Position numbers and translations under genes: made by a program
NCBI RefSeq assembly: GCF_006345805.1
Contig: NC_043010.1
Coordinates: 31,558,001-31,622,000, forward strand
Direction of reading: 5' to 3'
Length of the DNA stretch: 64,000 nucleotides
From: Octopus sinensis
Lineage: Eukaryota
Shown: one piece after another, positions 22,775 through 37,019 of the stretch
Position numbering within the stretch: the stretch's first letter is position 1
How the letters are laid out: every line of letters begins with the position of its first letter
The notes under the pieces: model-generated
Seen by the model: only the letters and a program-made list of their open reading frames with translations
What the model was told of the DNA's origin: nothing
The model's database searches: none

Positions 22775-24136
22775 TTTGCATCGATACTTGGAGGTTGTCC
22801 TCATAGCGGCCAGTTTCGGTCCCGTATTCTGCGGCTGGATGGCTGCCATGTACAGAGGCATCCGTTCGGAATTCGCGTGAATGGGCATCTATCGAGACCT
22901 TTCGACATTGTACGTTCGGTCCGTCAGAGATGCTCCCTCTCATCGCTTCTGTACGTATTGATGATGCGCAGACATGCGCTGTGACTGCGACATCTCCGAC
23001 TCTATGTAGGCGACGGTGAGCAGGTGTGGTCGCCGTTTGTGCGGCGTGCTTTCCCACAGCTCGTCTCCATGACCGAGCTGCAGTCGTGGATCAAGAAGAG
23101 GCCGAGGAAGGGCGAATGGCACCGCGAGTGTCGCGTTGCTCCCGAGCAACACTGCCGTCCCGGGTCGACCTTGAGCGACTGCATCACAACGAAAGCCTTC
23201 TATAAGGGATTAGTGGAGGAGAGGTACAACGACGATCTCGGGGCGAACCTGGGCGTCGACGAGGAATACCTGACCCGCCTGTTCAAGACGACTTTCGGGC
23301 CGGAACCTATGGACAACCTCCTGAGATCCCTGGTCTGGCAGTGCTACCGAGAAGCGCTACCCGTTCGGGATAAGCTCTACAGAAACGGCTCGAGAAACAC
23401 GGGGCCGACCTGCCCGAGATGCGGTCAGAGAGACGAAACCGTTCTGCACGCAATCGTGCAGTGTCCAACCATTTCCGACCTGTGGGCTTATGTCGAGCGA
23501 CTGATGTCAAGTGTGGGACGTGTCGGTTTATTCAGCCGAGTCTGTCGTCAATATTGTCACGCCTCCTTCCTTCAAACGGGAAGGAAAAGCTATTTTTATC
23601 GTACTTGTGGCTATAGCGAAATAATGTGTCTGGACGCGACTGAAAGGATTAGAGACAAATACTTTCCTCTCTGGTCAATCTCTCATCAACTTTTTCAAGT
23701 ATCACTTGAAAAGGAAAGTGAGAGTAGAAAGGCAAGTTTTGTCTAGCGACTATTTCAGAAAAAGATAGATGAATGTAGCAAGGACGGAACGTATGAATGA
23801 CGAAGCCACCTTGAGCATGATCCTATGAACCGGAAAAAATTTTAAAACATGCTTATTTGTACATAAATATGTTAATATGTGACGTTATTTCCCGAGGTTA
23901 CTGTGGTCTTTTCGTAGGTTTTTCTTTCCACAGATAAACCTCCCCATTTCTTGGGAACTTTTTGTACTATTTCGACTTTTTTTGCAAATATCCCAAACGA
24001 TTTCGATCCCTTTTGATCGTTGTCCCTATTTTTTTTACTTTGTTTTCGCCCCCCCCCCTCGAAAAGAAAATCTCTACATTGTAATTGTCGCCTCTGTGTT
24101 CAGCCCTGTGTGGCCAATAAAGAAAGTTATCTATCT
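22775..24136 (+). mobile_element. Tx1-clade fragment 3 (RT piece + C-terminus + 3' UTR)
   Basis: RVNGHLSRPFDIVRSVRQ joined by deletion to MMRRHAL; CPRCGQRDETVLHAIVQCP; AATAAA 24116-24121, then tatctatct 24128-24136. Confidence 0.9.
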
Positions 24137-24874
24137 GGGCCGAGAGGAAGCTATCCCTAAAAGACCGGGCGGAGGTGGCGAACGCGTACATCGCATCTGT
24201 CATTTATTACTACCCGACCGTTGTGCGTTCTCCCGACCCTACCATCACCAAACTGGAGAAAGAAAGTTTGTCTCATAAAAGGTGGGTGAATGTAGCAAAG
24301 ATGGTTCGCGTGAATAACGAAACCTCTGCGGTTACCGTGGTCTCTACCGTAGGATCTTCTTTCCAGGCATAAATCTAATCTGTTTCACGTTTTTATCCCG
24401 CCTTATTTTGCAGTTTACACGTCCCAAAAGCTTTCGATCCCTTTGATCGTTTTCAATAAAAGATGGGTGAATGTAGCAAGGATGGCACGTATGAATGACG
24501 AAGTCACCTTGAGTATGATCCTATGAACGGTAAAAATTTAATACAGAGTGTTACTTATTTGTAAAAAAAAATTTAACATGTGACTTCATTGACCGAGGTT
24601 ACCGTGGTCTTTTCCGTAGGCTTTTCTTTCCACGGGTAAACCTCACCTGTCTTCCCCTTTACACTTTATACTAACATTTCTGTGATAACGATCCCTATTG
24701 ATCGATTTTTTCTTTTTCCTTTTATTTTTATCCTCCCCCCCTTTTTTGCTTTTGCTTTCCTCTTTCTTTCCTTTTACGATCCCTTTTGATCGAAAACCAA
24801 CCCCCTTTTTTTATCCCCAAAAGAAAAGCTCTACCTTGTAATTTGTCCCGTCTGTGTGCAGCTAATAAAGAAAC
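24137..24874 (+). mobile_element. Tx1-clade fragments 4 and 5 (deleted mosaics of RT, C-terminus and 3' UTR)
   Basis: Fragment 4 starts immediately after tatctatct and matches 29434-29555; fragment 5 ends AATAAA 24864-24869, then (ATCT)n 24875-24914. Confidence 0.8.
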
Positions 24875-24914
<40 letters not shown>

Positions 24915-25459
24915 CGACTGACGTGTTGTCACCTCGGCTCCGAAGGTAATCGTTTATTTTGACTATTTATAGCCCATATTTTGTGTACATTTTTGTAAAT
25001 AAGGTGTGTAAGGCACCCAACTTTCGTTTGAGTGCTTTTCCAAGGGAGGAATTCGCCTCTAGGGGCAGTTTCAACCCTATTTAATTTGTGTATTTTTCTT
25101 CTCGACATTAAAAAATGTCGAGAAATGTTATTGTAGAACGCTGGTCGCGTTCCTTTATGGACCAGCATTTTCCCAGACTTGAAACGCTAGGAGAAAAAAG
25201 AACTTATGCACGCACACACATTCGACAAAGACAAACCTGAGTGACGTGGTAGTGAACGATGCAACCACTTGCGGTAACAGCCCTGTCACCACCACCACCA
25301 CCACCACCACCACCACCACCACCACCACCACACCACCACCACCACCACTAACAACAACAACAACGAGACTACTACTGCTACCACCACCACCTCCACCACC
25401 TCCACCACCTCCACCACCTCCACCACCACCACCACCACCACCACCACCACCACGACGAC

Positions 25460-27040
25460 CAACATAAATGATAAAAATGAAACTCACGCGAATACTATTA
25501 ACAAAAACAACAGCAACAAGAACAACAACAAAAATGAAATAAATATTTTACCATCTAATAGTGAAGGTATTAATATAAAAGAATCAACAGCACCAGTAAA
25601 TTTCGCTGACACTCTGCGTCAGAAAAAAGAAATAATAAAATTTACGAATGAAGAGTTAATAGAAACGAGAGCACTCTTTACAACCCAAGGGCAGGATTTA
25701 GTGCTGCCTACACCTCAACACAAAGGAACAAATAGAAAATAAGACAATTATATATAAAATTATAAGAAAAAACAAAAAACAAAATGAACAGATTACAAAA
25801 ACGGACATAGAAAAGTGTTTAAAAAACATAATGAAAAAAAAGAATATATAAACCGGGGTCCTCAGTTTAATACAGTGGTGGTCCGCTTCCCTAACCAGGA
25901 AGTGGCAAAAGCTCACTCTACGGAGTCTTTGCAAAATGATGAAATCATCATGGTCCCATATTACAAAGGCCAGAGAGTGAGTAGAATTAGCATTAAAAAT
26001 GTACCCCCCGAGATACCTAACAAATGGATAACAGGAGCGATCTGTTACCATTTGAAAACGATAAACATATTAGAAACCGCCGTGTACAAAAACGGCAATT
26101 GGGGTGGTAAAACAATAGTAGTGACCATCCAGATTGAGGGGTCCTCTATCGAGAACCTACCTGATAGGGTCCATTTAGAAAATGGGCAAAGCCTATATGT
26201 TGTAGCAGAAGGCAAAAAGCCTAGATGCTACAACTGTGGCAGCCCAGAACATTTAATTGCCAAGTGCGCTCTGGCACAGAAAAAACAAGAAAGAACAAAT
26301 CAGAAAACAAATAAAAAACCCTTGTTGCCAACACCAACACCAACACCAACTCAATTATGGAACAATGCCAAGAAAAACAACAAACCAGCAAACAAACCCC
26401 AACAACATCACCAAGAAAAGAAACAGCACCAACACAATCACCGTTGACGTCGCAACCAATTCAACATACTGAACCAACAAAAGATAAACCAACACCAACA
26501 CCGAGGACGACAACTAAAAAGACAGAAAACAGTGACGAGAAGACAAATTCTACCTCTAACACCACAACCCCCTTATGATTCGTCGGACTCGTCGTCCAAC
26601 GACGAAAGTTCGACGGAATGGCAAATAGCCACAAGGGGTAAAAGGAAAAGATAAAAAAGCCCACCAAACAAGTAAGTAAAGCAGGGAGATATTTAACTCC
26701 GGACAGCATCCCCCTAGACAATAAAAAAATCAATGAACCCGCAAAACTACACACACAACTAACTGCAATAGACACAGACAATAAAAAATTAATGGATTAC
26801 ATTGCATCCAACACGAACATCTGTGAAGATGACTTTAAGACAAATAATCATCCGCGCACCACACCACCGAAACACATAAGAATTGTACACATAACACAAA
26901 CACAACACCAAACACTGAAAACATTATTTCCAAATGCGGTAGGTGGGTTTCAACGATACCTCTCCAAAAAACTATACAAACACCTCCTCAAAGATACTAC
27001 AAAAGAAGAAAAAACTGAAACTTTCGAAATGAGTAAGTGA
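25460..27040 (+). pseudogene. Tx1 ORF1 (RRM-like region + CCHC zinc knuckle), frameshifted
   Basis: FNTVVVRFP..., RISIKNVPPEIP, CYNCGSPEHLIAKC, followed by a P/T/K-rich tail in shifted frames. Confidence 0.8.
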
Positions 27041-27106
27041 CCTTCCCTCTTGCCTCTTGTCTCTTCCAATGTAGTGTGTGAAACACAAATTTCTTAAACG
27101 TCAATT

Positions 27107-30100
27107 ATGCTTAAATTAGGTTGTGTGAATGCGCGTGGCTTGGCGTCGGCTTGGAAGCAAGGTTACCTTCTAAACGACATCAATTCACTGAACGTGAAAC
27201 CAGACTCAGCAAGCCGCGGGCCCTCGCGTCCATGTTTGGCGATCAATTCGACATTTATTTTTCTCCCTGTCTGCCGAACATGGGTGGTGGAGGAACCGCG
27301 GTGCTTTTTCGAAAGAGTCTAAATGTAAAAGTAAGAACAATATTCCTAGACCCGGAGGGTAGGCTGGTTGTCTTGGACGTGGATGGCAGAAATGGGTGTG
27401 CATTCCGTCTGATGGCAGTTTATGCACCGTCCTTAACGGGTCGGGTGGATTTCTTCAGACGTCTAGAAGTTTTCCTGGGTACGTCTAGACCTTTACTGTT
27501 AGTAGGGGATTGGAACGCTACCTTGGACACGCATCTAGATTATGTGGGAATGGATAGGAATAGAAGGGGGTGTAAGTGCCTCAAAGACCTACTCAGACGT
27601 TTCTATTTGTCTGACAGGTTCCGACTCGACCATCCGAACGTGCCAACGTGGACTTGAACAAATCGCGTCGGATCGTCGAGATCTTATCTAGATAGAATTC
27701 TATGCAGGACAGCGGATAGGGATAGTGTAGGATGTCCACAATTTAAAATAGTCAGCTACACAGATCACAAATTTGTGATGTGTACGCTCGACTTAGATAA
27801 GACACATAGACAGGGTCCCGGTTACTGGAAACTGAACACGTCGCTCTTAGCGCGACAGGTTTACAGGAACCGGATTAGCGAGTTAATTAAGAGGGCGATG
27901 ACGGGAGCCGTCGTTAACAACCGCTGGTGGTTCGCCCTGAAAATGGCAATAAAATCGGAATCAATTAGGTTTAGCAAGGAATTAGCGATAGATCGAAATA
28001 GAGTAGAGGGAGACCTGGTTAAGAAACTAGAAGAGGCACTTACCACTGGCAGCGCAACCAACGCGCTGGCTGCGAGGATGGCCCTCGACCAACACCTCAA
28101 CGCCAAGCACGAAGGTTGCGTCGTCAGAGCTAAAATGCGTGCCTTAAGGAACGAAGGGATCGAAGCTGCGCGAGAGGCCCGGGTAGCTGAGGCGCAGCGT
28201 GGCAACAGAGCCACCATTCGGTCTCTAATAGATCAACAGGGATGCAGTTTACTCGAACCCAAAAGGATGTGTGAGGCCTTTCAACAGCACTTTGCTCGAC
28301 TGCTTGGTGCGAGTGGTGGGTCGGAACGCGGGATGGATTTCAGTGCCTACCTGACCGACCTGCCGCGGCTCTCGGCAAGAGAAGCGGGGTGTTGTGAAAG
28401 TCCCATCACAGCCGCTGACGTGCGGGATGCGATGGCGGGCTGCGCGAGGGATAAGTCGCCTGGATTGGGTGGTTTACCATACGAGCTGTATTGTCAAATG
28501 CCAGACTTGTTTGGCGACCTCTTGGCATCAGTCTACTGCAACTGGCAACAAAACGGGAGAATCCCCGGTTTCGTGAGCCGAGGTGCAGTGACGTTGCTGA
28601 AGAAAGACCCAAACAAGGGGAATTTTATAGATAATTTCAGGCCCATCACTCTGCTCAACGCAGATTTGAAAATTTTGGCCAAAGTAATAGCAGAGAGGTT
28701 GGCGCTTGTCATTGGTAAACTGGTCGCCAGGGCGCAAACATGCGCCGTGCCGGGCAGAACCATACATGACAACCTCAATCTGATGCGCTACATTGTGGAC
28801 AGGGTAGTTAAGGATCCTGGCAAGGGTGGGGCGCTGATCAATTTGGATCAGTCTAAAGCCTTCGATAGGGTCGACCATCGGTACTTGGCGGTCGTCCTCA
28901 GGGCGGCTGGCTTCGGTCCCGTCTTCCGCGGTTGGATCGCTGCCTTGTATAGCGGCATCCGATCGGTGATTCGGGTGAACGGTCACCTGTCGAAACCGTT
29001 TGACATCACGCGTTCGGTCCGTCAGGGGTGTCCCCTGTCGGCGCTTCTGTATGTATTGACTCTCGAGCCGCTACTGCGGAAGATGGCGACACTGAGGGGC
29101 ATCCCACGGGAACTGGGTTGCGGGACGAGCGTGTCGGCATATTCGGACGATGTCACCGTCATAGTGTCGAGCGACAAACACATCCAGATGATAGGCGAGA
29201 CACTAAGAAAATACGAAACGGTGACGGGAGCGAAGATTAACCCGGAAAAGTCAGTGGGTTTGCTACTCGGCACCTGGAGAAGCAAGCCCATGCCGTCCGA
29301 CTGCGGCTCAGTAGTGGGACGCTGGACGGACGGACCGGTTAAATTGCTCGGGGTCTGGTTCAGTCCGGACCTCCAAATGGATAAGAACTGGGACGAGATC
29401 ACGAGTAGAGTGGTCGCTCTCAGCCAAACATGGGCCGAGAGAAAGCTGTCTCTAAAAGGTCGGGCGAAGGTGGCGAACGCGTACATCGCATCCGTCATCG
29501 ATTACCGCCTGACCGTCGTGCCTTGTCCCGACGCCACCATCACCAAACTGGAGCGCATACTCTTCCGCTTCCTGTGGAAGGGTGGCGTTCCGATAGTGAG
29601 GAAGTCCATTTGCTGTCAACATCCGTTGAATGGAGGACTGGGCATGCCGTGGTTGATGATGCGCAGGCATGCGCTGAGACTGCGACATATCTGGAACTTC
29701 ATCGATGACGGTGAACAGGTGTGGGCGCCGTTTGTGAGGCGCGCCTTCCCGCAGCTCGTCTCACTGACCGAACTGCAAACGTGGATCAAGAAGAGACCGA
29801 AACTGGGCGATTGGCACTGAGAGTGTCGCCAAGCTCTACAGCAACTCTGCCGAGCGGGGTCAAACTTGACTAAAACGTTCTATAGAGGACTAGTGGAAGA
29901 GAGGTCCGACGACACACTCGGGGCAAACCTGGGCGTCGACGAGAAATTCCTAACCAGCCTGTTCAGGACGACGTTCGGGCCGGGGCCTATGGATAACTTC
30001 CAGAAATCCCTGGCTTGGCAATGCTATCGAGACGCACTACCTGTTCGAGAGAAGAGCTACAGGCACGGTTCGAAAACCATCACCGGACCGACCTGCCCGA

Positions 30101-30513
30101 GATGCGGTCAGAGCGACGAAACCGTTCTGCATGCACTCGTGCAGTGTCCAGATATTTCAGTGCTGTGGACCTTCGTCGAACAGCTGTTGTCGCGTGTAGG
30201 ACGGGCTCGCTTATCGGCCGAGTCTATCGTGAATATTGTTCCACCACCTTCCTTTAAACGGGAAGGGAAAACGGTTTTCGTTAAGCTGATGGCTATGGCG
30301 AAAGAATGTGTGTGGTGGACGCGTTTGAAAGGACTGCAAACAAACACCTTCCTCTCTGATCAGTCTCTCGTCAACTTTTTCAAATACCACTTGAAAAGGA
30401 GGATGAGAATAGAGAGGAAGGCTTTGTCGAACGAATGTTTTAATAAAAAGTGGGTAAAAGTGTCAAAAATGGTCAGTATGAAAGACGACGCTATTTTAAG
30501 CGTAAATCTGTGA
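27107..30513 (+). pseudogene. Tx1 ORF2 (APE endonuclease-RT-CCHC), few disablements
   Basis: GCVNARGL, AVYAP, VGDWNA, SYLDRI, TDH; FRPITLLNADLKILAK, DQSKAFDRVDH, VRQGCPLS, AYSDDV; CPRCGQSDETVLHALVQC. One frameshift/deletion near 27210 and TGA stops at 27655 and 29818. Confidence 0.92.
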
Positions 30514-30797
30514 CCAAAAGAGACAACGAGAGGTAAGGCGACTTACTCATGTGTTCATTTTCGAACTGTCTGAGGTGACCTTGGTCTTTTTTGTAGGTTT
30601 TTCTTTCCAAGGCTACACCTTAACTGTGAACCTTATATATATATATATTGCTTTTTTATGCACCACACAACCCACAGATCCCTATTGATCAAACGTTTTT
30701 TTTTGTGCCCCACCCATCCCACCTCGAAAAGAAAAAATTCTACATTGTATTTCGTCCATTTTTATTGTGTTTAGCCCTGTGTGGCTACAATAAAAAG

Positions 30798-30971
<174 letters not shown>

Positions 30972-31422
30972 GCCTGTGTTTTTTCTATCTCTAATAACAA
31001 TCACTAACATTTTTATTGTTGTTTCTGTGACAATACTGCTGGTGATGTTGAAATCGTAGTTTTGCATGTTGCTGTTAATTTTACTATAGATGTGAATATA
31101 GCTGTTGTCGTTGATGTGGTTGTCGTTGCTCTTGTCGAACCCCAACACTGTACATCTGTTATTTGTCACTGCTGTCTGAAATAAGATTATTTCGTTGCTT
31201 CTTAACGTTAGTGTTGTGGTTATCTCCCCGCTAACACACATAGTTGATTTTTTCTCTCCACTTTTTGTAGTAATTGATAGTGTTCTTATTGCTTATTGGT
31301 TAGCCTTGGCAAATATCCGAAATACAATCTAAATAAAACACTAAAATCTCCGTCTCTTCTAACCTCTATTCCAACATATTTTCATCACTCGTTCACTTTT
31401 TCAATAGAAACACTCACACACA

Positions 31423-31455
<33 letters not shown>

Positions 31456-31461
31456 CACACA

Positions 31462-31501
<40 letters not shown>

Positions 31502-31677
31502 ACACACATCAGAGAGAGCCGGCAAGAGAAGAGGAGTTGTAGGAGAGGCATATCGCAGCGCGTTGATTTGTCATTTCCGCTGCCATTAAAAAGACCCTTA
31601 ATGAATTGATAAATTTGATAGATGGCTACATAGCTGATGTTTGAATGGCTGGGCGAATACACACACTCACACACACA

Positions 31678-31735
<58 letters not shown>

Positions 31736-32459
31736 ACACACACACACAAGAGAGAGAGATTGTTTGAAAGATAGTTGGGGTAAAATATCGAAAGACGCAC
31801 GGATAGAGGATTGTTTGATAGATAAGTAAATAGATAGGTAAAACAAAAATGTCAAAAATAAAAGGTACACACATGCACATGCACACTCATACCTACTTCA
31901 ATAAGTCAATAATCGAAAAACGAAACAACACGCGAAATTAACAGTTAACAAAAAAAAATAGACAAAAAAAAAAGAAAAAGAGAACAAGAAACAAACAAAA
32001 ACTTTGATGTCTTGTTCGCTATTTGCCGTCACTTGGCATTGTTTAGCTTAAGTAAATGGAAGGGGAGGCCTTTCATATTTTCCGCCACTGATCAATTAAT
32101 ATTTCTCTGGTTTATATTCACTTACAACTAATTTGTAATATTCACTTTTATCTGTTTTGGTTTAATTTTGTCTATATTTTTTTATCTGTATTATTTCTAT
32201 GTCTGAGTATGCATGAGTATGTTTGTATATGTATGTGAGAGTCTGTACTTGTGTCTGTATGATGGTGAGTGTGCACGCGTTTCTTGTTCGTGTGTTTCCG
32301 ATTATATATATTTGTTAGCGCGTGCGACCGTGTTATTGATATCAAAGTACTGTCGATTTGTGTTCTGTAAATCTACAATTGATAAAATAAGATTGTTGTA
32401 TTTGATTTGATCAGCATATCTCTGTCTGTCATTGTCAGTTTATCTCTCTCACTCTCTTT

Positions 32460-32788
32460 GTATGTATGTATGTATGCATGCATGTATGTATGTATGTATG
32501 TATGTATGTATGTATGTATGTATGTATGTATGTATGTATGTATGTATGTATGCATGCATGCATGTATGTATGCATGTATGTATGTATGTATGTATGCATG
32601 CATGCATGCATGCATGTATGCATGCATGTATGTATGTATGCATACATGCATGCATGTATGTGTGTATGTATGTATGTATGTATGTATGTATGTATGTATG
32701 TATGTATGTATGTATGCATGCATGCATGTATGTATGTATGTATGTATGTATGTATGCATGCATGCATGTATGTATGTATGTATGTATG

Positions 32789-32817
<29 letters not shown>
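32460..32817 (+). repeat. (GTAT)n/(GCAT)n microsatellite
   Basis: Direct inspection; faces an opposite-orientation (ATAC)n at 33470-33546. Confidence 0.95.
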
Positions 32818-32820
<3 letters not shown>

Positions 32821-33543
32821 CCCAAACACATTGTTAAACAATGTTTCTATAAGTAAAAATACTGTAAACATTAACTAAAGAAAGGAGTTACAAGTGTACA
32901 GTAAGACATTTTCAAAGAACATTACACTATTACAATGCAATTCCAGCAGGTAGTGTATCCTAAGATAAACAGGACTAGAAATTGGATAAACTGTAAAGAA
33001 GATATATGCTGGCACAATCCTTCATAAAGTCTGAACATCTCCATTTCTATAGTTCAATTTAAAAATTCTTTTTATGAATAATTCCCTCAGCACCAATGCT
33101 ACAAAATCTTTAATAACATACCATAATTGCAATTATAATATTCCTAACTTTGCAAATAACACTGCCACTTCCGATCTGGCTAAATTCTTCTTATAAAAAC
33201 AAGGCCAATGTAGGACAAGTAACAATTGAAAATGTCTATAAAAAGATGACTTACCTTGTCTGTGCATTTATTAAATTCGAAATCCCGTATAATTTCGTGT
33301 AATATCAAGTAATATCCAAAATGGAAGGAATTACCAACAGTTTTAGGTAGACCGCTTGAAAAATTGTAGAAGTTCTTCCCGCATGCAATCATTGGTAGCA
33401 CTGTTAATCCATAAATAAAGAATATTTACCAACCGAATATTGGTTCGTACTGTTCGATACTATCACATACACACATACATACATACATACATACATACAT
33501 ACATACATACATACATACATACATACATACATACATACATACA

Positions 33544-33983
33544 TACCTAGATGACATTCTAATAAAGAGCGAGTCTCATGTGCAACATGTCGAACACATA
33601 AAGAAAGTATTCGAGAGAATAAGTGAAGTCAGACTAAAACTGACGGAAGAAAAACGTGAATTAGGTCAAGTAAACGACGAAAGTGGGCGCAGACCGGACC
33701 CATGAAGGGCGATGGCAATACGAAATATGCCGCCCCCGACGAACATGACGAACATGGCGAACATGACAGTTTACCAAGTGTATATACCAAATATACATAA
33801 GGTGAGGGAACCACTTAATGAATTATAAAAAAAAAGTCAAATGGGAAATAGATAGAGAAATGCCAGAAAGCATTTAACGAGTTAAAAGATGTGTTAACTT
33901 CAGACATGTATCTTACGCATTTCGACCCAAAGTTAGAGATAATACTAGCTACAGATGCTAGCAAGTATGGGATAGGAGCCGTA
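33544..33983 (+). pseudogene. Ty3/Gypsy pol fragment (RT C-terminus to start of RNase H)
   Basis: YLDDILIKSESHVQHVEHIKKVFERI and [42 protein letters not shown]; internal deletions and stops. Confidence 0.85.
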
Positions 33984-34400
33984 AAAATGATGCCTGCAGT
34001 CGATTGGGTCGGGTCAAAAGCAATTTTGACCCTATGGGCCCAAAAGGCTGAAGATCTAGTTTTACCAGATTTTTTAACAATGGCCGGTTCCAGGTACCCT
34101 GTGATGGTTGAGGGACGCCCCTCCCCCAAGTATCACCTGTGCCTGGAATCGGGCCACTTAAGGAAGAACTGTCGCCGGAACCAGGCAAAGGTCCTGGAAC
34201 AGTTAATCGATAAAGAACTCACTGTTTCTCCCACGGAGCACCCTGCTCCTTCACTAGAGGGAGAGAGGGAGAAAATCGAGGAGGAGGTAACCCCCTCGAA
34301 AAAAAGAACAAAAAGAAAGAAGGTGGGCAACAATGGTTGCCCACCGATGGATCCCGAGGCGGCGTGACGGAAGGAGGGATCTACGGACATGCCGGAGAAA
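33984..34400 (+). pseudogene. Tx1-type ORF1 fragment with degenerate zinc knuckle
   Basis: [26 protein letters not shown] resembles VVAEGKKPRCYNCGSPEHLIAKC of the element at 26.2 kb. Confidence 0.7.
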
Positions 34401-34891
34401 CCTCACCCTCCCGCGTTGAAAAAAGGAAAAAAAAAGAAAAACGGGGCATCGCTGGCGGCGGCATGCCCCAAAACCCCTTTGGTGTAATTGCCACCGGAGG
34501 GAGAGAAGATGGGAAACTCGTCGGTACGATGTGTGCCACTGAGCGAGGGAGTGGAGGCCCCTCCCGATGTAAGTGTGGAAAGATAAGTGTCTAGCCTTAT
34601 TTTGTGGTAGGTTACACAAAGGCGGAACAACATGCCGCCCCCTCAAAATAAGGGTAGATGAACATCGCAAATTATACTGTGATACTGAATGGACATTATA
34701 AAGATCCAACCTTTAGAGGATAACAACACTGTACGACAAGGGTTTATACAGTGCCAGATAGAAACATTCTATCGACGACTTCGGAATATAACAATATCTG
34801 TCAGAGCAACAACCGTCGTCAAAAGACAGATACAACAGTGGCAAAAGACCGCTTTACAACATATATATGTATTTGTGTGTCTGTATATATT

Positions 34892-34947
<56 letters not shown>

Positions 34948-35348
34948 ATATATCTCTATATTATAATTCTGAAATGCGAAAAGTTTGTTTGTCTGGTTTT
35001 GGCATTGAGAACGGGTTAAAGGCCACTAGATTCCGTCGGATTGACTCCAAAATTTACAGGGACATGTAAAATGAGGTGAGGATGCGAGTGGGCTAGGTTA
35101 TAAATCCCCATCTTAAAAGGTGTCGTTGCTAGGGCCAAAAACGCACTTTGACAAGTCTACTCGCATTCTTTTATGTATCTGTCTTCCTCCATCACTCACT
35201 CTCTTTCCTCCCTTCTCATCACTTTCTATCTATAACGTCGTTTCACAGCGTCTACCTCCCTTCCTTTCACGTTGTCTTTATAACGTCGTTTCACAGCGTC
35301 CTATATCTCCCCCCTCCCCGCCTTCGATAGCGCTTTCACACACACACA

Positions 35349-35389
<41 letters not shown>

Positions 35390-35854
35390 TCTACGTCTGT
35401 ATGTATTCATAGAGAGAATTATCATCGCAACCACAACCACACAATCATGAGAACAAATATTATGAATCAGATATTTATTGGGTTAATTTATATATGTGTG
35501 TGTGTTCTACATATAAATATGTATATATAATGTATATATACAAAGTGTATATATATGTATTTATGTATATTAAACTTTTTAATACTTTTTGATAGTTATA
35601 TATATTTAAAAAAAATATAAATATAAATTAATAATTTTAATTTTAAATTTAGATAATTTAAATTTTTTAATTTTATATTTTATATATTTTGTATATTATA
35701 TTTTTAATTTTATATTTTGGTTTATGTTTTTCACTGTTTGATTTGCCTAATAGTGGTTTTATCTCTAATTTAATTTATATATGTATATATATATATAATT
35801 TGTATACATTTGTATATATAATGCGTACACACACACACATAATATATATAATGC

Positions 35855-35940
<86 letters not shown>

Positions 35941-37019
35941 GTGTGCATTATGTGGTCGGTTGTGCTGAAAATATGCACACCTATGTTAAAAGTGCTGGCG
36001 AGTTTGCATGGCAACTATTTTTTTCCTCAAATGAAAGGCGTGACCTCTAGGACAAAATTCCTCATCTTATAAAATGTGACCCGAGTAGACCCGAATGAAA
36101 TCGGGTTATATTAACCAAACTGTGAAAAGAGGTCTAAATGGGGCTTGAAGAGGATTAAAATTTACAGGAGCGGGTGTTTAGGAATTCTCTGTTACATCAA
36201 GCTAAAAAATTTGCGCCAGCCTTTAAATCGTCAATGTGTTGCCGTCCATGATGAAGAAGTTTTGAATGCTTGCCATGGTGAGTCTACTGTCGTGAGAAAG
36301 AATCACTTCAAAACTTGGTGTTTAGGAATTTTCTTTTACATCAAGTTCAAAATTTTACGCCAGCCGTTAAACTGCCACTACGTTGCTGTCCGTCGTTAAG
36401 AAATGCCAGCCATGGTGACTCTCCTATCCTCAGATCTATCCCTTCAAACTTTGGTTTCCAATATTTAAAAATTTTTATTCAGCTCGCAAGTTCGTCTGTC
36501 CCTTTTAAATGTTAGTGTTTTGCTGTCTGCATTGAAGCAGACCTTTCCGTTGTCACTGCCTGATATTTATGATTGATCTTTCAAACTATTTTCTTTCTCA
36601 ACTTACTCAAGATCTTTTGTTGTTTATAAATGGGAGAGAGAGAGAGAGAGATAGAGAAAGAAAGAGAGTAAGAGAAAGCGAGGGAGAGTCCGAGAGAAAG
36701 GAAGAGTAAGAGAGTGGGAAAGTGAGAGAGAAAGGAGAGAGAAACAAAGAGGGAGAATGTGGTGATAAAAACAGAAAGGAAGCAACAGAAAGTAACAACC
36801 ACACTCTTAACTGCGCGTAGAGCGGGCCACCTTTAGCTAGTATATGTAGTACTCGGGTCTTCGAGGGAGGATGACCTCCCTTTGCAAACAACACAAGGAC
36901 ACTGAGATAGTGTCTAAAGTCCTTCTGGTGACGTTGATCGCTTGGGGCTAAAAGCATCAGTACCCCCCCCCCAGTGGCTAGCCACATTCAGATGGCTAAT
37001 ACCCCTTACGTTATATATA

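Noticed and set aside
24915-25200. HDV-like ribozyme at the putative Tx1 5' end
   Set aside because: Hairpins exist, but I could not assemble the P1-P2-P3-P1.1-P4 nested pseudoknot by eye.
36805-36842. Helitron-like 3' end (gcgcgtagagcgggcc...ctagt)
   Set aside because: No matching 5' TC terminus or internal homology identified; too short to support.
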